Shown here piece after piece: positions 13,231 through 27,873 of a DNA stretch of 64,000 nt. The DNA comes from Octopus vulgaris (Eukaryota), in the NCBI GenBank assembly GCA_951406725.2, contig OX597831.1, positions 15,996,001 to 16,060,000 of the forward strand. The letters are read 5' to 3'. Each line of letters begins with the position of its first letter. Position 1 is the first letter of the stretch. The translations under genes were made by a program, and so were the position numbers. Under the pieces are notes generated by a model, which saw only the letters and a program-made list of their open reading frames with translations, made no database searches and was not told the DNA's origin.

Positions 13231-14664
13231 TCATCATTATTATCATCACCATCATCCCAGCATCATCACCAGCACCGCCATCATCATCATCCTCAACCAC
13301 GTCACCATCATTATTATTGTGGATATTATTATTCTTATTGTTGTTATATATTTGAACAGTATTCTGAAGTCTTACTTTTCCAAATGGTTTTACGCTTTTA
13401 CATATAAGTTCATATTGTCTTAAATGTTCTGCTTCAAAGCTGCTTCTCTTTGATTTGTGTTCTTGTAAAGATCAATTGGAGAAACAAAATATCTTTGACT
13501 ATAATAATGTCTGCTGCTTGTTAACTAATTGCAAATAAAGGTTTTAAAGCTTGCGATGCCAATTGCGATTGACCCCTGTTAACCAATTTAGGATAATAGC
13601 GCTGCATGTTTGACCGACTTTCTAAATTCATTTCCTCCTAAGGCTGATCTGAGGAGGTTCGACGCCTTCTGAAGTTTCTAGATATTGAACTTCGAATATG
13701 CCTTCAGGAAATGGCGAGTGATTTAGCTTATAAAATTATGGTGTAAATCATTACGTGTAAAAACCGTCCCCTGCTATTGAAAAACTTGTTGCATGTACTG
13801 AAGTATTAATATCTGCAGAAACCAGACATTAACATACCCGGTTATAGCACGAACAAAATCCGTTTAACGGACACATGACAAGCGTTAATGTAGGAAACGC
13901 TCAGCAACGTTCACGTGAAATTTATATGGCTTCATGTTTGAGGTCTCCCTTCCCGTGTGTGTATTAGCCAACCAGCATTTGTATGTATGTGCGTGTATAT
14001 GTGTATGTTTCTGTATGTGTGTGTGCATTGACGCGCAGTTGTCTGCCCATATCCAATATACATAGACACTAACTCCAATATATTTATGGCCCGTTACGTA
14101 GAAAGTGGATAATTAGAACTCGATAAAATAAATCATAAATATAAAAACGCATAATATTGGCATTTATGTAGGCAACCCATACGGAAGGTTCGGTCTATAT
14201 GGCCTTACTGTTTGCATGGTTAGTCTTCCAAGGACATTCACTAATTTTGATTAGAGTAAAGCATGAAATTTATAGACATATCAGGCTTTGATGTATTAAA
14301 TAACATTTTTAAATGGGATTCGTAATTATATGTTGTTTTGTGCACAAACTCTGATATCATATTATTATGTGATTCTTTTGTTCCAGACATTAAACAGCTG
14401 CCGTGCAGCGATATCTCATTGAAGGCTGTGTTCAATAGAATAGGCCAATATTTTATTTCCCTAAATCTGCTACACGTACCATCACGATTTTCTTTAATTT
14501 TACTGTACGTCTGTCATGAAACTATAAGAGACAAACTAATTGAAGGATACATACGCACATATACATATGTACTGATTCTTTCTCTCCCTGTCTCTCTCTC
14601 TCCCTTACACACACACACAAATACATATATGCATATATATAACTACACCCACCACACACCACAC

Positions 14665-14749
<85 letters not shown>

Positions 14750-14751
<2 letters not shown>

Positions 14752-15050
14752 GGCGCAATGTCCCGGTGGTTAGGGCAGCGGACTCGCGGTTGTAGGATCG
14801 CGGTTTCGATTCCCGTTGTGAGTGTTTATTGAGCGAAAACACCTAAAGCTCCACGATGCTTCGGCAGGGAATCGTGGTGATCCCTGCTGTACTCTTTCGC
14901 CACAACTTTCTCTCATTCTTTATTCTGTTGGCCTGCTCGCTTAGCCAGTGGGGTGGTGTCATTTGAAGGCTAAAACAATGCGAAGCGCATTGTGACCAGT
15001 GATGTGTAAGAACGTCTGATAGCCTGGTCGGTCACGGTTATCATGGTGAT
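14750..15050 (+). mobile_element. tRNA-derived SINE family B
   Basis: A/B-box-like head (tgtcccggtgg ... ggtttcgattccc); head shared with 23787 and 56440, tail shared with 9261 and 25320. Confidence 0.8.
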
Positions 15051-15624
15051 ATATATATATAGATGACACACACAAAATTATTCGAAATTATAAGGACACA
15101 GATCGTGTCGTATAGGCAGCTGCAGACTATATCTCCTGGGACTAAATTCCAGCAACATTCGTCCTAAACCAGGACTACCATGTTATGTTGGCAAATAATC
15201 TTTACATTTAAATACTTGCTGAACATTTACCAAACATTTACTTCGCACCAAACGAAGACACAAACACAAATATTTCATCGGGTTTATTTCAGAAAGCAGC
15301 AAAGGTTTGGTTGAAATGACGGAAATATATGAAATGTTCGTTTGTTTGAGAAACTAATATGGATTAACATGTTTCTAATACGCATACAGCACTTCTAAGA
15401 ACTTGTGCCAACGCATGTATATTTAAGTATACGAACATACCTAATGCATACATACACACACACATGCGCGCGCACACGCACAAACACACGTATATACATT
15501 CAAGAGCGTCTTGATGTTGGTCATACGGTCTATGGAAGGGGGAGTTTCTTCAATTGGATCGATAGTGTCTTGCACAAAATAATGCCAGTTCCTAACATTT
15601 ATTCATGTTGCAAGTTGTCAAAAC

Positions 15625-15780
15625 AGGCGCCGGTATGACTGTGATAAGGCACTTGATTCTCTACCACATGGTTCCAGGTTCAGTCCCACTGCGTGCCACC
15701 TTGGGCAAGTGTTTTCTACTATAGTCTCGGGCCGACCAAAACCTTGTGAGTAGATTTGGTAGATTGAAACGGAAAGAAGA
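15625..15780 (+). mobile_element. SINE family A head half
   Basis: Matches reverse complement of 12060-12222. Confidence 0.75.
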
Positions 15781-15816
15781 CACACGTATATATGTGTAAC
15801 TACACACGCACACACG

Positions 15817-15849
<33 letters not shown>

Positions 15850-15861
<12 letters not shown>

Positions 15862-18224
15862 CAAAGGATGCCTCTGCATGTAGTACGTGTACATTTCTAC
15901 AGTTTTCAGATTTCCACCAAAATTTACACATGCATTACTTGCGTGCCAAAGTTCGTCCAGCACTTTTACCCAGAACTCCCGCGTTAACCGCGAAAAAAGG
16001 TGCCTTATACCGGTTTTTGTCTTAAAACCTCGGGAGATATTAACTGATTCTCTCTCTTTTCTCTCTCAGTTTATTTCTATTCTCTTTCTTTTTCTCATTC
16101 TCTGTTTTTCCGGCTTACACATATTCTCTCACCCTCTATAACATTTCCTCGGTTTTAGTCTATTCTTCCCTCACTCTCTCTCCCTCTCACTCTCTTTAAC
16201 TCACTCAATTTTGTCTTCAAATTAGCTTGCTCGTATAGTTAGTCGTATTTAAACATATGTTTTCGTGCTTCTTGTACGTTCTCCATGAAACATAATTTTG
16301 TTATCTTTAATCTTTGTTCCTCCACTGTGTTTAAATTCAGTTTTGCCACATCTGTCTAAAAATTGACCTCACTCTACTTCAGTTTTATAGTGCGTAAATA
16401 TCTTTGTCTTTACGATATTTGTTTTCCCCACAACATAACTTATTTTAACATACTTGGACACTGTCAATACTATTTACATTTCTCCCTCTAACGAAAACCT
16501 TGGTGCGTACGGTCGCGCATGCGTACGTATGACAGCTACGGTACACATACAGCCGATAAGTCTTTATTACTAACCAATGAGATTTGAAACACGCCACCGA
16601 GCAGCCATGCGATAGAAAAAGCTATCCTAAAGCGGCTCACGCTTTTTTCGCTCAATCTATTTTCCTATAGAGATTCATATGCTCAAACGGAGTTTGTAAG
16701 TTCAGTCTACAAATTGACTAATTTATATTTAAATAAATTAGTCGTGCGTAAAAATATCTTTTGTTACAGTTTTTTAAAAATATTTTCCCTGAAATATATT
16801 TTAGTTATTTTTCCTTTTTATTCACCCAGAGTGTTTAAATTCTGTTTTGCCATATATGGCTATTGACTTCGGTCTATTGCAATTGTGTCGTGCGTAAATA
16901 TATTTGTCATCACGGTTTTGGTACGTTCTCTCAACAAAGGATGTCTGTGTGTCCGTGTTTGTACTACGTCTTCATACTAAGTATCCCTGTTATTTCGTCC
17001 CTAGCGAAAATTCCCTTTACTTTCAAGAGGTTGCAATTCCCAGTCCCTGTGAATTTTGCTATATAGATCAACAAATCGCCGGTTCAATCGCTTTCTGTGA
17101 CAAGACGTTACCCGGGGAATCGTGATTTTCACACAGGCGATTGTATGTAGGCTGCTTCAGAATGGGGACCAAAAAAACCCCATCCATTCTTATTTTCCCC
17201 GCATGGTAAAACAAAAATTATTGTCTTCAGAGAGGTTTTGTAGGCTTTCTAAATACCTACCTCCACGCGCCTTTCAGACTACTTGCTCCAATAAGCTCAC
17301 AATTTGTGTAACAGCCAAAAACAAGTGCGTACGAAGAAAGGCTGGTCGAGATGTTGAGGGGCATATTGGTAATTGCCTTGGGAGAGATTACACAGTCGAT
17401 CCCGGTGTGTTTCCAGGATCCTTCGCAATCAACAAGAGTGTTTCTTCCTGAGTCTTTTACTGCATGAAATCAGAGGACCAACGTGTTTCCACGACCTGAA
17501 AACATATTGATGGTAAAGTATGTAGAACATACCAGGAGGCATGCTTCAAGCACGGGGCACAATGTCATGCATCGCTGGCAGAGGCCGATGCATCGAAGTC
17601 CCCCAAAGTCTCACGGCACTGTTTGCACTGATACTGTAAACATGCTTGCTATGTGATCCCAGTTCCTTTTGTTTCGAGTACAGGGACGTGGAAAGGGAGA
17701 GGACGTATTCGTACTGAGGATTCCCCTTATTCCGTCGGGAGCGGTAATCCACTTTACTTTCAGACGGTTGCAATTTCCTGTTCGTGTAAGTTATATGATG
17801 TCGAGGGGCAAACACTCTCTGTGGCAGGACATCACCTGAAGAACTCGTTAGCAGCGCTGTCGAAGTTGGTATGTTTGTACAGATTTGTATGTTTTTACTG
17901 AAAATTTGACTCTACTGTACGTTTTAGTCATTTTAAATTTCAATATTCTTTCTTTTTTAGTTGTATTTTATCAATATTAAGTCGTTTCACATCTACATAT
18001 ATTTCAGATTTTCTAAGAAAAAGAAACTGTATTCCTTCTATTTTTCCGGTTGTAACATATTTCAAAAATATATTATACGTCTTCGTGGTGTTTCGTACGT
18101 TTGCTATGAGATTCTGTAGGTTTTTCAAAAACGCATCGGCAGCGCTGGCATTTTGACAGGAAAATAAGTGTTTTTACAATGACGAAGCGTTCACACCCCG
18201 AGCAACGCCGGGTGCCTCTGCTAG
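15850..18224 (+). mobile_element. Non-autonomous Helitron carrying scrambled RepHel fragments
   Basis: 3' GC hairpin ccccgagcaacgccggg then CTAG|T at 18221-18225; PIF1-helicase C-terminal motifs FKRLQFPV..INKS..FSH..LYV..GKTKIIVFREVL* (16960-17243) and FRRLQFPVRV..GQTL (17690-17875); linker ECFFLSLLLHEIRGPTCF (17320-17665); 5' boundary approximate. Confidence 0.85.
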
Positions 18225-18255
18225 TATGTATATGTATGTATGTGTCTGTATATGC

Positions 18256-18289
<34 letters not shown>

Positions 18290-19307
18290 GTGTATGTGTG
18301 TGGGTGGGTGGGTGTGGGTGTTCCTAAAGCTAAGAAGTACATAATAATTATAATAAAATCCAACCGCTATAGAATCTGCTATAGCAAAGGATATACTACA
18401 GATTTAAAAGACAAATAAATTACTCAGTAAATATTCAGTGGAATTAAAGAATGTGGAGTCTAAAGTCAATAAGGTTCAACAACGCTTCCCAAAATTTCCT
18501 TCATGTAGCCGGAATTTCCCATCATTGCCCCCTTCTGTCAAAACTATATATCACAAACGAAAGCTTATTATCGCAACACTTTATTGCTCTGTAATTTTGT
18601 TTCAGGCATCAGGTTTTCTTCATATTGGCCTATAAAGAGAAGAAAATAATGAATATATTGACATATGGATTGTCTCTATAATGTTCCAAAGTCGTAAAGA
18701 ATTTTATTGGAAATGCTTAAATGTAATATCACTGCTTTGTCATATATTTAACTATCATTTATAGAAGACTTCGTCACTATATAGTATTGTAATAACTCTA
18801 TAACAATAACCTTATATCATTTTATTTGTAATATGAAAGTCATAAAAGTTGCTTACGATAGTTGAAAGAGTTTATTCGATAATATATTTTTTATTGTTAT
18901 TAGTAATATAGTTATCTCTCTATTGGACAGCAGTGTGACAGATACAATTCGGTTAAACTCAATACGGATTTCAATTAACTGAATGCTTGTATCATCAACA
19001 TTACAGTGCGAATGAGTGATCTGTATATATAGGTCCACTAAAATACGACGGATATTACGACGTTCCTTCTTAAAACTAAATTAAAATTTGATGTACTTGC
19101 CATTGCAATGTTTCACGGAACACAGATATTTAGTTACAAACTAAAATCATTTACTTTGCTTTTCGGTAGAGGAACAGAACAAAATGAGATTAAATATATT
19201 TCCATAGGGAAATATCAAACAACATTCATATGTCTGTATATGCACAGACCCTTCCCGCAAACAGACACCTCACACCCACAGATACGCATACATACACGCA
19301 TATCGAT

Positions 19308-20053
19308 ATTACATGGGAAAATGCAAGCAGGAGAAATAATATTCATAATATTATAAAGATGGAAAATTACAGGACAAGTTATTACATCTGGTAAAGTATA
19401 TAACGGGAAAATGTTTACTTAAAATATTTGAAATGAAATATTTAGATTTGGAAAATATTAGCTTTTATTAAAACTAAATAACATTGTTACTTCTATTGAA
19501 AATATAAACAATAACTGAATTAAAATATTTTTGTACTTAAAAACAATTCATTTATCATATTATTAATTATTAATTAGAAATTTGATAATATCTCATACAA
19601 AATAATAGTAGCACATAATTAGTCAGTACAATAACTAGATTAATACAACAATTAGTTACATTAAAATCTACACATTTTTATACTTGGCCCAATACTTATC
19701 TTTTTACATAAATAATTGATCTATCATATATACCATTCTACTTCGCATAAAACTTCCGCCATATTGCTACTCCTTGCTCTCACTTTTTCAGTATTCTACT
19801 GTGTCAATATTTTAACAAAATGATGGTTTCTTTTTTTAATTATAATGTTACTTTCTAAATTAAAATCAAAAAATTTTAGCATTCAAATTTTATCCCTGGC
19901 TAAAATATTGTACTTAAAATGTTTCTTGTTCTGTACTTTACCAGATGCAATACCTCGTCCTCAACTTTTCCAAGTGTAATAACTTGTCCTGTAATTTTCC
20001 TGGTTTATAATGTTAGGAATATTATATCTCTTCCTTGCATGTTTCCATGCAAT
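19308..20053. repeat. Old long inverted repeat (MITE/fold-back-like), arms ~105-125 bp
   Basis: ggaaaattacaggacaagttattaca (19361) vs tgtaataacttgtcctgtaattttcc (19975), with further flanking matches. Confidence 0.7.
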
Positions 20054-22405
20054 CCATTTTTTTCCAGGCTATGCTATTTTGCTAATTAATTATGTGTCAA
20101 ATGTGTCAATTAATGTTGTCGTTGATAACATTTTCCTTACTTCAATGATGCCGGTGACATATATTAAAAGCTCCCTTATAGAACTATATTCTTTAACATG
20201 TATAGAACTATCGAAATCAAATTTGAGAAACAAACACTTATAACTTTTTTTCTTTTAAAACACCATTGCATGAAACTGATACCATGACATTCCTGGAATT
20301 GAACTCAATCATTTAAGCTTAATTAAACTATACTTTGTTTTTGAAATAAAAAAAGTTTATTATACTTAAATCCAATTTTTGGCTTTATATGTTTCCATGG
20401 TATTTTATCACAAATTTTTGCTGCATGGGATCAAAGCTATGAAATTCTTCACACTTTCTTATATCATTGAAGCTAAGATAAATGTATTTTACTGTTGAAA
20501 TGAAAAGGTTATTGAGATCTAAACTTGAGTGCTGGCGTTACTCACTCTCCTACAACGTTACTACAAATGTTGAGGCAAACTTTTTCCTACTGGACCAAAT
20601 CTACATTTCTGTATGCCACAATATAGCTACCGAAAAGTCATCTTCCGAAATGGTAACAGGATTCAATTCGGTTATGAACTGAATTAGCCACAAGCTTTCA
20701 AATATGCTCTCTATGAGTAAATTGCGGCCTTAAGAATATTATTCAACTACTACCGTAGTTGAATGGTATACTTGCATACACAGAAACGCCTATATTTATG
20801 GAGCATTGTAGAAATGGAAGTGTATTAACACTTCACTACATGCTACAATTATTTTAATAACATATAAATTTATTTGCATTTAATATATTGCAGCATTATT
20901 AAATTTGTTAGTCTTCGGTATTTCATTATGTAAGTTCCAACAAGCGGAAAGCTGCAAGCAAACTGCAAAACAAATTTAACCTGTGGAAATATGAGGAGTA
21001 TTTATTGATAAACTAAATCATGTTAAATTAGGAACTTGGCCACTCAACTAGCGTTATCATAGTGGCATCAGAGTTACAAATTTTCGATAGGAATTGCTAT
21101 CAGAACTTAGATATTCAGAGTCGGATGTTTTTGACTGGTGATTTATTCGATAGTTGATGAACAACAGATGTGCTTCTAGTTCAATTAATTAATCCTTAAA
21201 TTTCCGCTTCCAGCGTATTTCGTCGACCATTTTATAATAGAGCGATGACCCACACAACTTATAACTTAGCGTTTACATTCACACATTTTCCTGATAATTA
21301 AGTGTTACAAATCAAACTTTCAAAGAGTTGGCGACACACTGGATTCTATTAGCAGTAACCTACCGAAAAGTCATAAGGAAAATTCCAAATAGGATGTCGG
21401 TATAGCATAATATATTTTCCCATTCAGCATCATTCAGTTCATCTCCGATTAATCTGAAATTACGATCAGAATGGTTTCACCCACACCCCCCAACATTTCA
21501 TATTAACACCTTAAATAATTTTCCAAAGTATCGTCGGCGTGGTAGCAAATATAATGTGTCATACATGTGCGGATGTGCTTTAAGAACAAGAGTTTAAATT
21601 AGGGAGAAAGAGCTTTTAAGGTCTACGTCGTAGATTAAAGTCGAGAATATCGCATGTGTAGACAATAAATATTTTGAATTATAATTGCATCTGAAAATGT
21701 TTTGTTTATAGATATATTTTATGTGCATTTGAAATGCATGTGCATTAATATATCTTGTATTTTATAACATATATTTCGATACTAGGTTTGTTATTAAAAA
21801 AGTGGGATATTTTTGTTTTACTTCGGTCTACCAACATTCTAAGGAATATCCGTTTCTCCAGAAACAGACGTTGAACACTCATAACACCGTACTTTCCCAC
21901 TTAAATAGTTTTGTGTACGCTGTCTAAGTTTGATGTATTAATATAAATATTTATATATTATGCTTAAATATTCATCGTTTGAAAGTCTTTAGTTCTTTGG
22001 TTCCGTATGATTTGCATGTATACATACGTACGTATTTTGAATCTTTAAACCAGGGTGTTTATTTAAATTGTTTATCCACGTAATTGCCTCCATATCTGCT
22101 TATCTTGAATCCCCTAACAGCCACTCTTTACCACGCAGAAATTGTCCCACATGTAGACGACGAAGTCAAAGTTCAAATCATTTGAGCTGTATTACAAGTT
22201 TTTTCTAAATAGGTGGAATTTACAAGCTGAGTGACAATTCCTAGAAATAATAGTTATTAAAAACTAATCAAAGCAATTATCCGTAACTTTTATCACAACT
22301 AACAGCGACTACATTATTCATCTGGATAATACCTCCCTTAAAATCATCTCTCTCTTTCTCTCTCCCCTCTCTCACTCACACACACACAAGATATATACAT
22401 ACATA

Positions 22406-22460
<55 letters not shown>

Positions 22461-22476
22461 AGTATGTATCTGTGTG

Positions 22477-22519
<43 letters not shown>

Positions 22520-22522
<3 letters not shown>

Positions 22523-23180
22523 GTGAATTTACTATCGTCTAAATTAAGCAAAAATGAAAGTAACACTAACATTTCACTTAATATATTGAAATACTAAAGA
22601 ATAAATATATTCAACAAAATTGACAGTGGCTCCAATCAAGATCTCCGTACGACTTTCGAATCTCTTTCAACTCTACTGGACGGTCCCCTTGTTTAAGTTG
22701 GTGAATGCTGCCTTCATCCTTGCCTTCAGTTCATCATTGGTGTTCCAAGGAGATTTATTGGTCTCTCGTTCAAATGCACCCCTCGCAGGTACTTGATGTA
22801 GCCTTCCGTGGTGTATCCGAGGCTGCGTGGGAAGAGGAATGGAAGCATAAATACTGCAGCATTTGGGATCATTGGAAACGCCATAACATTGACTGGAAGA
22901 TTGAATTGTATAACTCTCACTGCAGGAATTGTCCTCAGATTGACACCCAAACACTCTGAAATGTTTCGTATTAGAACATCCGGCGCGAATGCAAAGTAGT
23001 CCAAGATGTCGTTTCCAAATTTCTGGCAGAGTCAATTGAGACATGGTGATTTCTATCTCAAAGACTGTCAACAACTGACCCTACAGTACTATGTAGTAGT
23101 CAAAATTAAAAAGAGACAATGGGTATGCGAAAAATTCAACATATAAATGGTGAAGTAATTTAAGGTTCAATAATTTAAGA
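22520..23180 (-). mobile_element. Internally deleted Tc1/mariner-superfamily transposon
   Basis: C-terminal GAFERETNKSPWNTNDELKARMKAAFTNLNK and N-terminal HTH-like IRAGCSNT..ISECLGVNLRTI; starts ta|caggtg. Confidence 0.7.
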
Positions 23181-23212
23181 GTTTTCTTATGTATATACAT
23201 ACATACATACAA

Positions 23213-23247
<35 letters not shown>

Positions 23248-23269
23248 AATATATATATATATATTTTTT

Positions 23270-23500
23270 TATTATTTTACTTTTTTCATTCGAGTGCGTC
23301 TATGCTGCAGCGCTGCCTTCACTAGAACAAGTCGGCCCCAAAACATATTCTTTGTAAGCGTAGTATTTATTCTATCTGTCTCTGTGTCGAACTGCTAAGA
23401 TTTGGGGACGACAATACATCAACATCGGTTGACAAGCAATGGTGAGGACACAAATACAGATACCCAAATAATATATACATAAACAGGCACACAAATATAC

Positions 23501-23531
<31 letters not shown>

Positions 23532-23662
23532 TAGATAGATAGATATATAGATATATAGGTATACAGATATATGTATCACTGGCTCTTTTCAGTTTCCGTC
23601 TAGCAAATCCACTCTCAAGGATGTGGTTGGGAAGCAAGCTCCATACTACACAGCCTCTCCTG
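23270..23662 (-). mobile_element. SINE family A, diverged
   Basis: Collinear with 11731-12222. Confidence 0.75.
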
Positions 23663-23698
23663 AATATATTCTAAATAAATAAATATATATAAATATTC

Positions 23699-23786
<88 letters not shown>

Positions 23787-24025
23787 GTGGAGGTGCAATG
23801 GCCCAGAGGTTAAGGCAGCGGAGTCGCGGTTTCGATTACCTGACCGTGTGGTGTGTGTGTTTATTAAGCGAAAACACCTAAAAGCTCCACGAGGCTCCGG
23901 CTCACTCTTTCTTCCTGTTTCTTGGGTAACGCTGCGATGGACTGGCGTCCCGTTCAGCTAGTGGGCGTCACATACGCCACAGAAACCAGGAAACCTGGCC
24001 TATGAGCTTGAAAAGGGCGCATAAA
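23787..24025 (+). mobile_element. SINE with family B head and alternative tail
   Basis: Head as 14750; tail gctgcgatggactggcgtcccg...gaaacc...ggcctatgagc as in 56440-56740. Confidence 0.7.
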
Positions 24026-24205
24026 AAATATATATGCACATATACATATATGTGCGTGTGTGTGTTTTTGCGCGTGTGTATGAGCCTCTGCGTGTGTATG
24101 AGCTTCTGCGTGTGTATGAGCCTCTCTCTCTCTCTGTATACAGATATATGCGTGAGAGTTTACGCATGTGTAAATTTTATCCTTACCTAATAAATTAAAA
24201 TCGTA

Positions 24206-24300
24206 TCACGCAAAGATGAATACCATCAATATGAATATCAGTTCTGTTAGGAGAGACAAAGCATCACACTTCGGGAGGCCGCTTGGAATGTCAAGTTCGT
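24206..24300 (-). CDS. Gene C coding exon 4: GPI-signal-like tail (D)ELDIPSGLPKCDALSLLTELIFILMVFIFA*
   Basis: Acceptor tatattccag, phase 1, hydrophobic end, TGA; donor gtaagg 19 nt after the stop. Confidence 0.85.
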
Positions 24301-25164
24301 CTGGAATATACAGAAAGCTTCGGAATTGAAATGCACTTTTAAATGTTACGAGAAAAATAACTTTTACCAACATATACATTATTTCTGATCAATGATTCTT
24401 CTGATTTCGTTTTTGGATTCAGCTTGCAAGATTCTTTATATGAATACATGTGTTAAAACAAAATTCGTTTTGTCTAAGGAGGACCATTATGCCAATATTA
24501 ATTTCACTCGCACATTGGTTCAGATTCAGTTCGCTATTATTAGACAATTGTCTAAATATCTATCAAATAAACCAATCGATCATTCGTTTAACCTGTTCGC
24601 TAATCAATTAGTCACATGTTTTGTTTTTGTTTTTGATTTTATTTTGTTTTCGTGATTGATTAATTCCTAGAATCGATAGATAACGACTTGACTAATGCTA
24701 AAGGTGTGGAACCGAAACAGTGCGCGTGCTATTAACACTGACATTTCTGATCCGCTCCGAATAATTTCATTTATTGATCTCACTGATATGAGCTGATATA
24801 TTACGAAGCGATACAATTACTAGTGTTCAATAACTCTGTTGCTACCAAACCGAAAGAAACTATCTCTGGCTCTTTAGTACAAATGCCTTTTTTGAAAAGT
24901 TTTAAAATCTTGAAACAAATCTTATTTACCATTTCTGTTCCTCACACTAGCTGAATAATAACTTATTTCACTAAATTCTTTGTTATACTTAAAATTAATT
25001 GAAAGAAACACAGCAAGGAATAGAAATATGGTAAGAAACGGTTTAATATCGCTAAATGGAAATGATTATTTCACTGGGATTAGTTTGTTGTATCGGGCAC
25101 AGACTCAACATGAATACATTTATAAATAAATAATTACTGCAGTTGTTTGATGAAGGTTCGTCCC

Positions 25165-25430
25165 ATAGCAGTTAGGGTATCGAACTCACGATCGCTAGAT
25201 TGACGGTTCGCGTGGAAGGTTGTGTTCTTGAGCAAAACACTTCGTTTCATGTTGTTCCTCTCCACTCAGCCGTAAACGGATAAGACTACGAAGGAATACA
25301 TTTCAGATAAGTTGAATGCCGGCCTGCTCGCCTGACGAGGAGAGGCATCGTTCGAGAACTAAAACGCTGGAATGTGAATTCTGACCATCGATATATAACA
25401 ACATCTTATAGATTGGTCAATCACGTGATC
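25165..25430 (+). mobile_element. Diverged SINE (family C-like head, family B-like tail)
   Basis: ttgtgttcttgagcaaaacact core; tail ggcctgctcgc...tggtcaatcacgtgatcac. Confidence 0.6.
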
Positions 25431-25591
25431 ACTTAATAACTTAGTAGGAGACATAATTTCGATTGAAATTTTAAACATACCAATCTATATATGACTATTG
25501 GATTACATTCGCCGAAACACTTCTCATTTCTTTAGCTCAATATATATTCGCATGACTAAATGCCTCTTACAATAGTGAGAAAATAACTTAC

Positions 25592-25680
25592 CAGCACATA
25601 ATTCTCCGTACCTAACTTTCATTAATAGGATGCATCTTTGGTTTCCGAATCGGAAACAATTCAGAAACAACTTCAAACGC
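25592..25680 (-). CDS. Gene C coding exon 3: (K)RLKLFLNCFRFGNQRCILLMKVRYGELCA
   Basis: ctctctgctag acceptor, gtaagt donor, 89 nt, phases 2/1 as in paralogues. Confidence 0.9.
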
Positions 25681-26054
25681 CTAGCAGAGAGATATACGTC
25701 AAGCGATGTAATTGAAAAATCAATAGATTAATGCTGGTACAAACAGGGATCTATAATTTAAGAGTTTGCTTTTGTATTGCCATAGTGTCAAACATGGTTC
25801 AACCACATATATCTTGTAACATTGTTTCCTAATATAACTTCAGGGTACTTTATATCTGCCTCATATAGAGTACAGAAAAATTATGTACGAACTTGTCGTG
25901 TATTAATTTAAAATGGTGACAAACATCAATTTCTCTATAGGATCGGCTTCAAGAATTTAACAATGAACTCAATAACAGCTTTAATACACAAATAAGGGAT
26001 CTCGTCCTATGACTGCGGTGTCTAGAGCTCGTACTTATTCCTCGATATTTACGT

Positions 26055-26086
<32 letters not shown>

Positions 26087-26299
26087 GACTAATATTCATA
26101 ATCAAACTAAATTACTAAGTTCAACGTTTCTGTTAATCTATCTAGATTAAAATGATAAGCGTCTAATTAATCAACTCAATCAATTCCATTCATGAAAATA
26201 CTATTAAAAATTTGAAATTATATAAATAATCTCAAATCCATTATATAGATATTATATATAGATAGTATACATGGATATTAATATAACGATTTTATATAA

Positions 26300-26583
26300 G
26301 GGATTTGAGTCTGGGCAAGATTGTTTATGGAAGACCAGCAGTCGCCCATGCATACCAGCCTCCCCTCTCCATGCCACCAGTGTTATCCAAGGGAAAGGCA
26401 AAGGGACCGATACAGCTTGGCACCTGTGACGTCGCAACTCATTTCTACAGCTAAGGGAACTGGAATAACGTGAAATAAAGTGTCTTGCTCAAGAGCACAA
26501 CAGGCAGCCCAGTCGGGGGTTCGAAATCAAAACCACATGATCGTAAAGCTTGATGCTCTAAACATTGAGCCATGCGCCTTCAC
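26300..26583 (-). mobile_element. SINE with family C head and a different (RTE-like) tail
   Basis: Head/core cttgagcaagacactttatttcacgtt shared with 61890. Confidence 0.7.
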
Positions 26584-27297
26584 ACATGCATATATTGTAT
26601 ACGTACCTGTATCTGTATGTATGTTTACTTGCATGATTATACGTATGTATGTTTGTAAATACTTGCATGTATGTGAATTTGCCTGTGCCAAACCACCGCT
26701 AAATAATATGTAAGAGAGCGGCGTAATAAACCCTCTCAATTTTCCGTAACCAACAATAGACAAGCTCTGCTTTTAATATGAACATTTTGGCTGATTATAC
26801 CCTAATTCACTGACATTTCTTTAACGACGCGAATGAGAGCGTGTGTGTGAGTGTACGCCTGTATATGTGTTCATGTCAATTCGTGTATACTTATTCTTCA
26901 TTTTATATTTTAATTCGCATCATTTCTCAGGTTGTATTCAGTTGTTTATTACTTTAATATTTGTTTATGCATTCACTCTGAACAATCAACATACCCATCA
27001 AAAGGTTATGACCCCGAAATTAATTCCGTTCTCTTTCAATGTAGCTAACATAAAACGGGGGATAATAAAATGGTAAGAAAAACTCAGTCCCACTTATTTT
27101 TTACACGAATCAAATCCTGCCTGGTGGGACGCAATAAAATTAGCCGTTACTCTCATAAGGGAAACATGCAGGATAGGTCGAAAGGATAATCAGGTTGAAT
27201 AAAGGTTTTTTGTTAAATCTATTTTCCGTCTACCTCATTCATTATATGTATATGTATATATATATATATATACATGTATATATAAATACACACACAC

Positions 27298-27330
<33 letters not shown>

Positions 27331-27341
27331 CACAAACACAC

Positions 27342-27404
<63 letters not shown>

Positions 27405-27585
27405 TATGCATTATATGTGTGTGTACGTGCATATACATATATGCATATATGTACACATATGCATCTATGCAGGCAAACATGCATTCATGCACGAATGTAT
27501 ACCTATCTATAACTATCTATTTAGCTACGATGCATAGGTACACACACAGACATATGCAATAATAATAATAATAATAATAATAATA

Positions 27586-27630
<45 letters not shown>

Positions 27631-27873
27631 GTTGTTGTTGTTGTTGTTGTTATTATTATTATTATATGCAGGGTTCTAATTAATTTCCTGATTTTATAAC
27701 CACCGAGTAACGTGGGATATATTAGAAAAATATTAGTAAGCACCCTGCGCAGTGCCGTGAAACACGAAACCAAATATATTTTACATAGCATACATAAAAC
27801 TATATTTGAAAGACGTATATGCTACATACAGCAATAATAGTTAGAAGAAGCTGCTAAGAAGAATTGTATATAC

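Noticed and set aside
17122-17451. Apparent piggyBac-like motif (YFPRMVKQKLLSSERF)
   Set aside because: Other frames give clear Helitron RepHel motifs and the element ends in hairpin plus CTAG
27557-27665. (AAT)n-(TTA)n palindrome
   Set aside because: A simple microsatellite strand switch with no evidence of function
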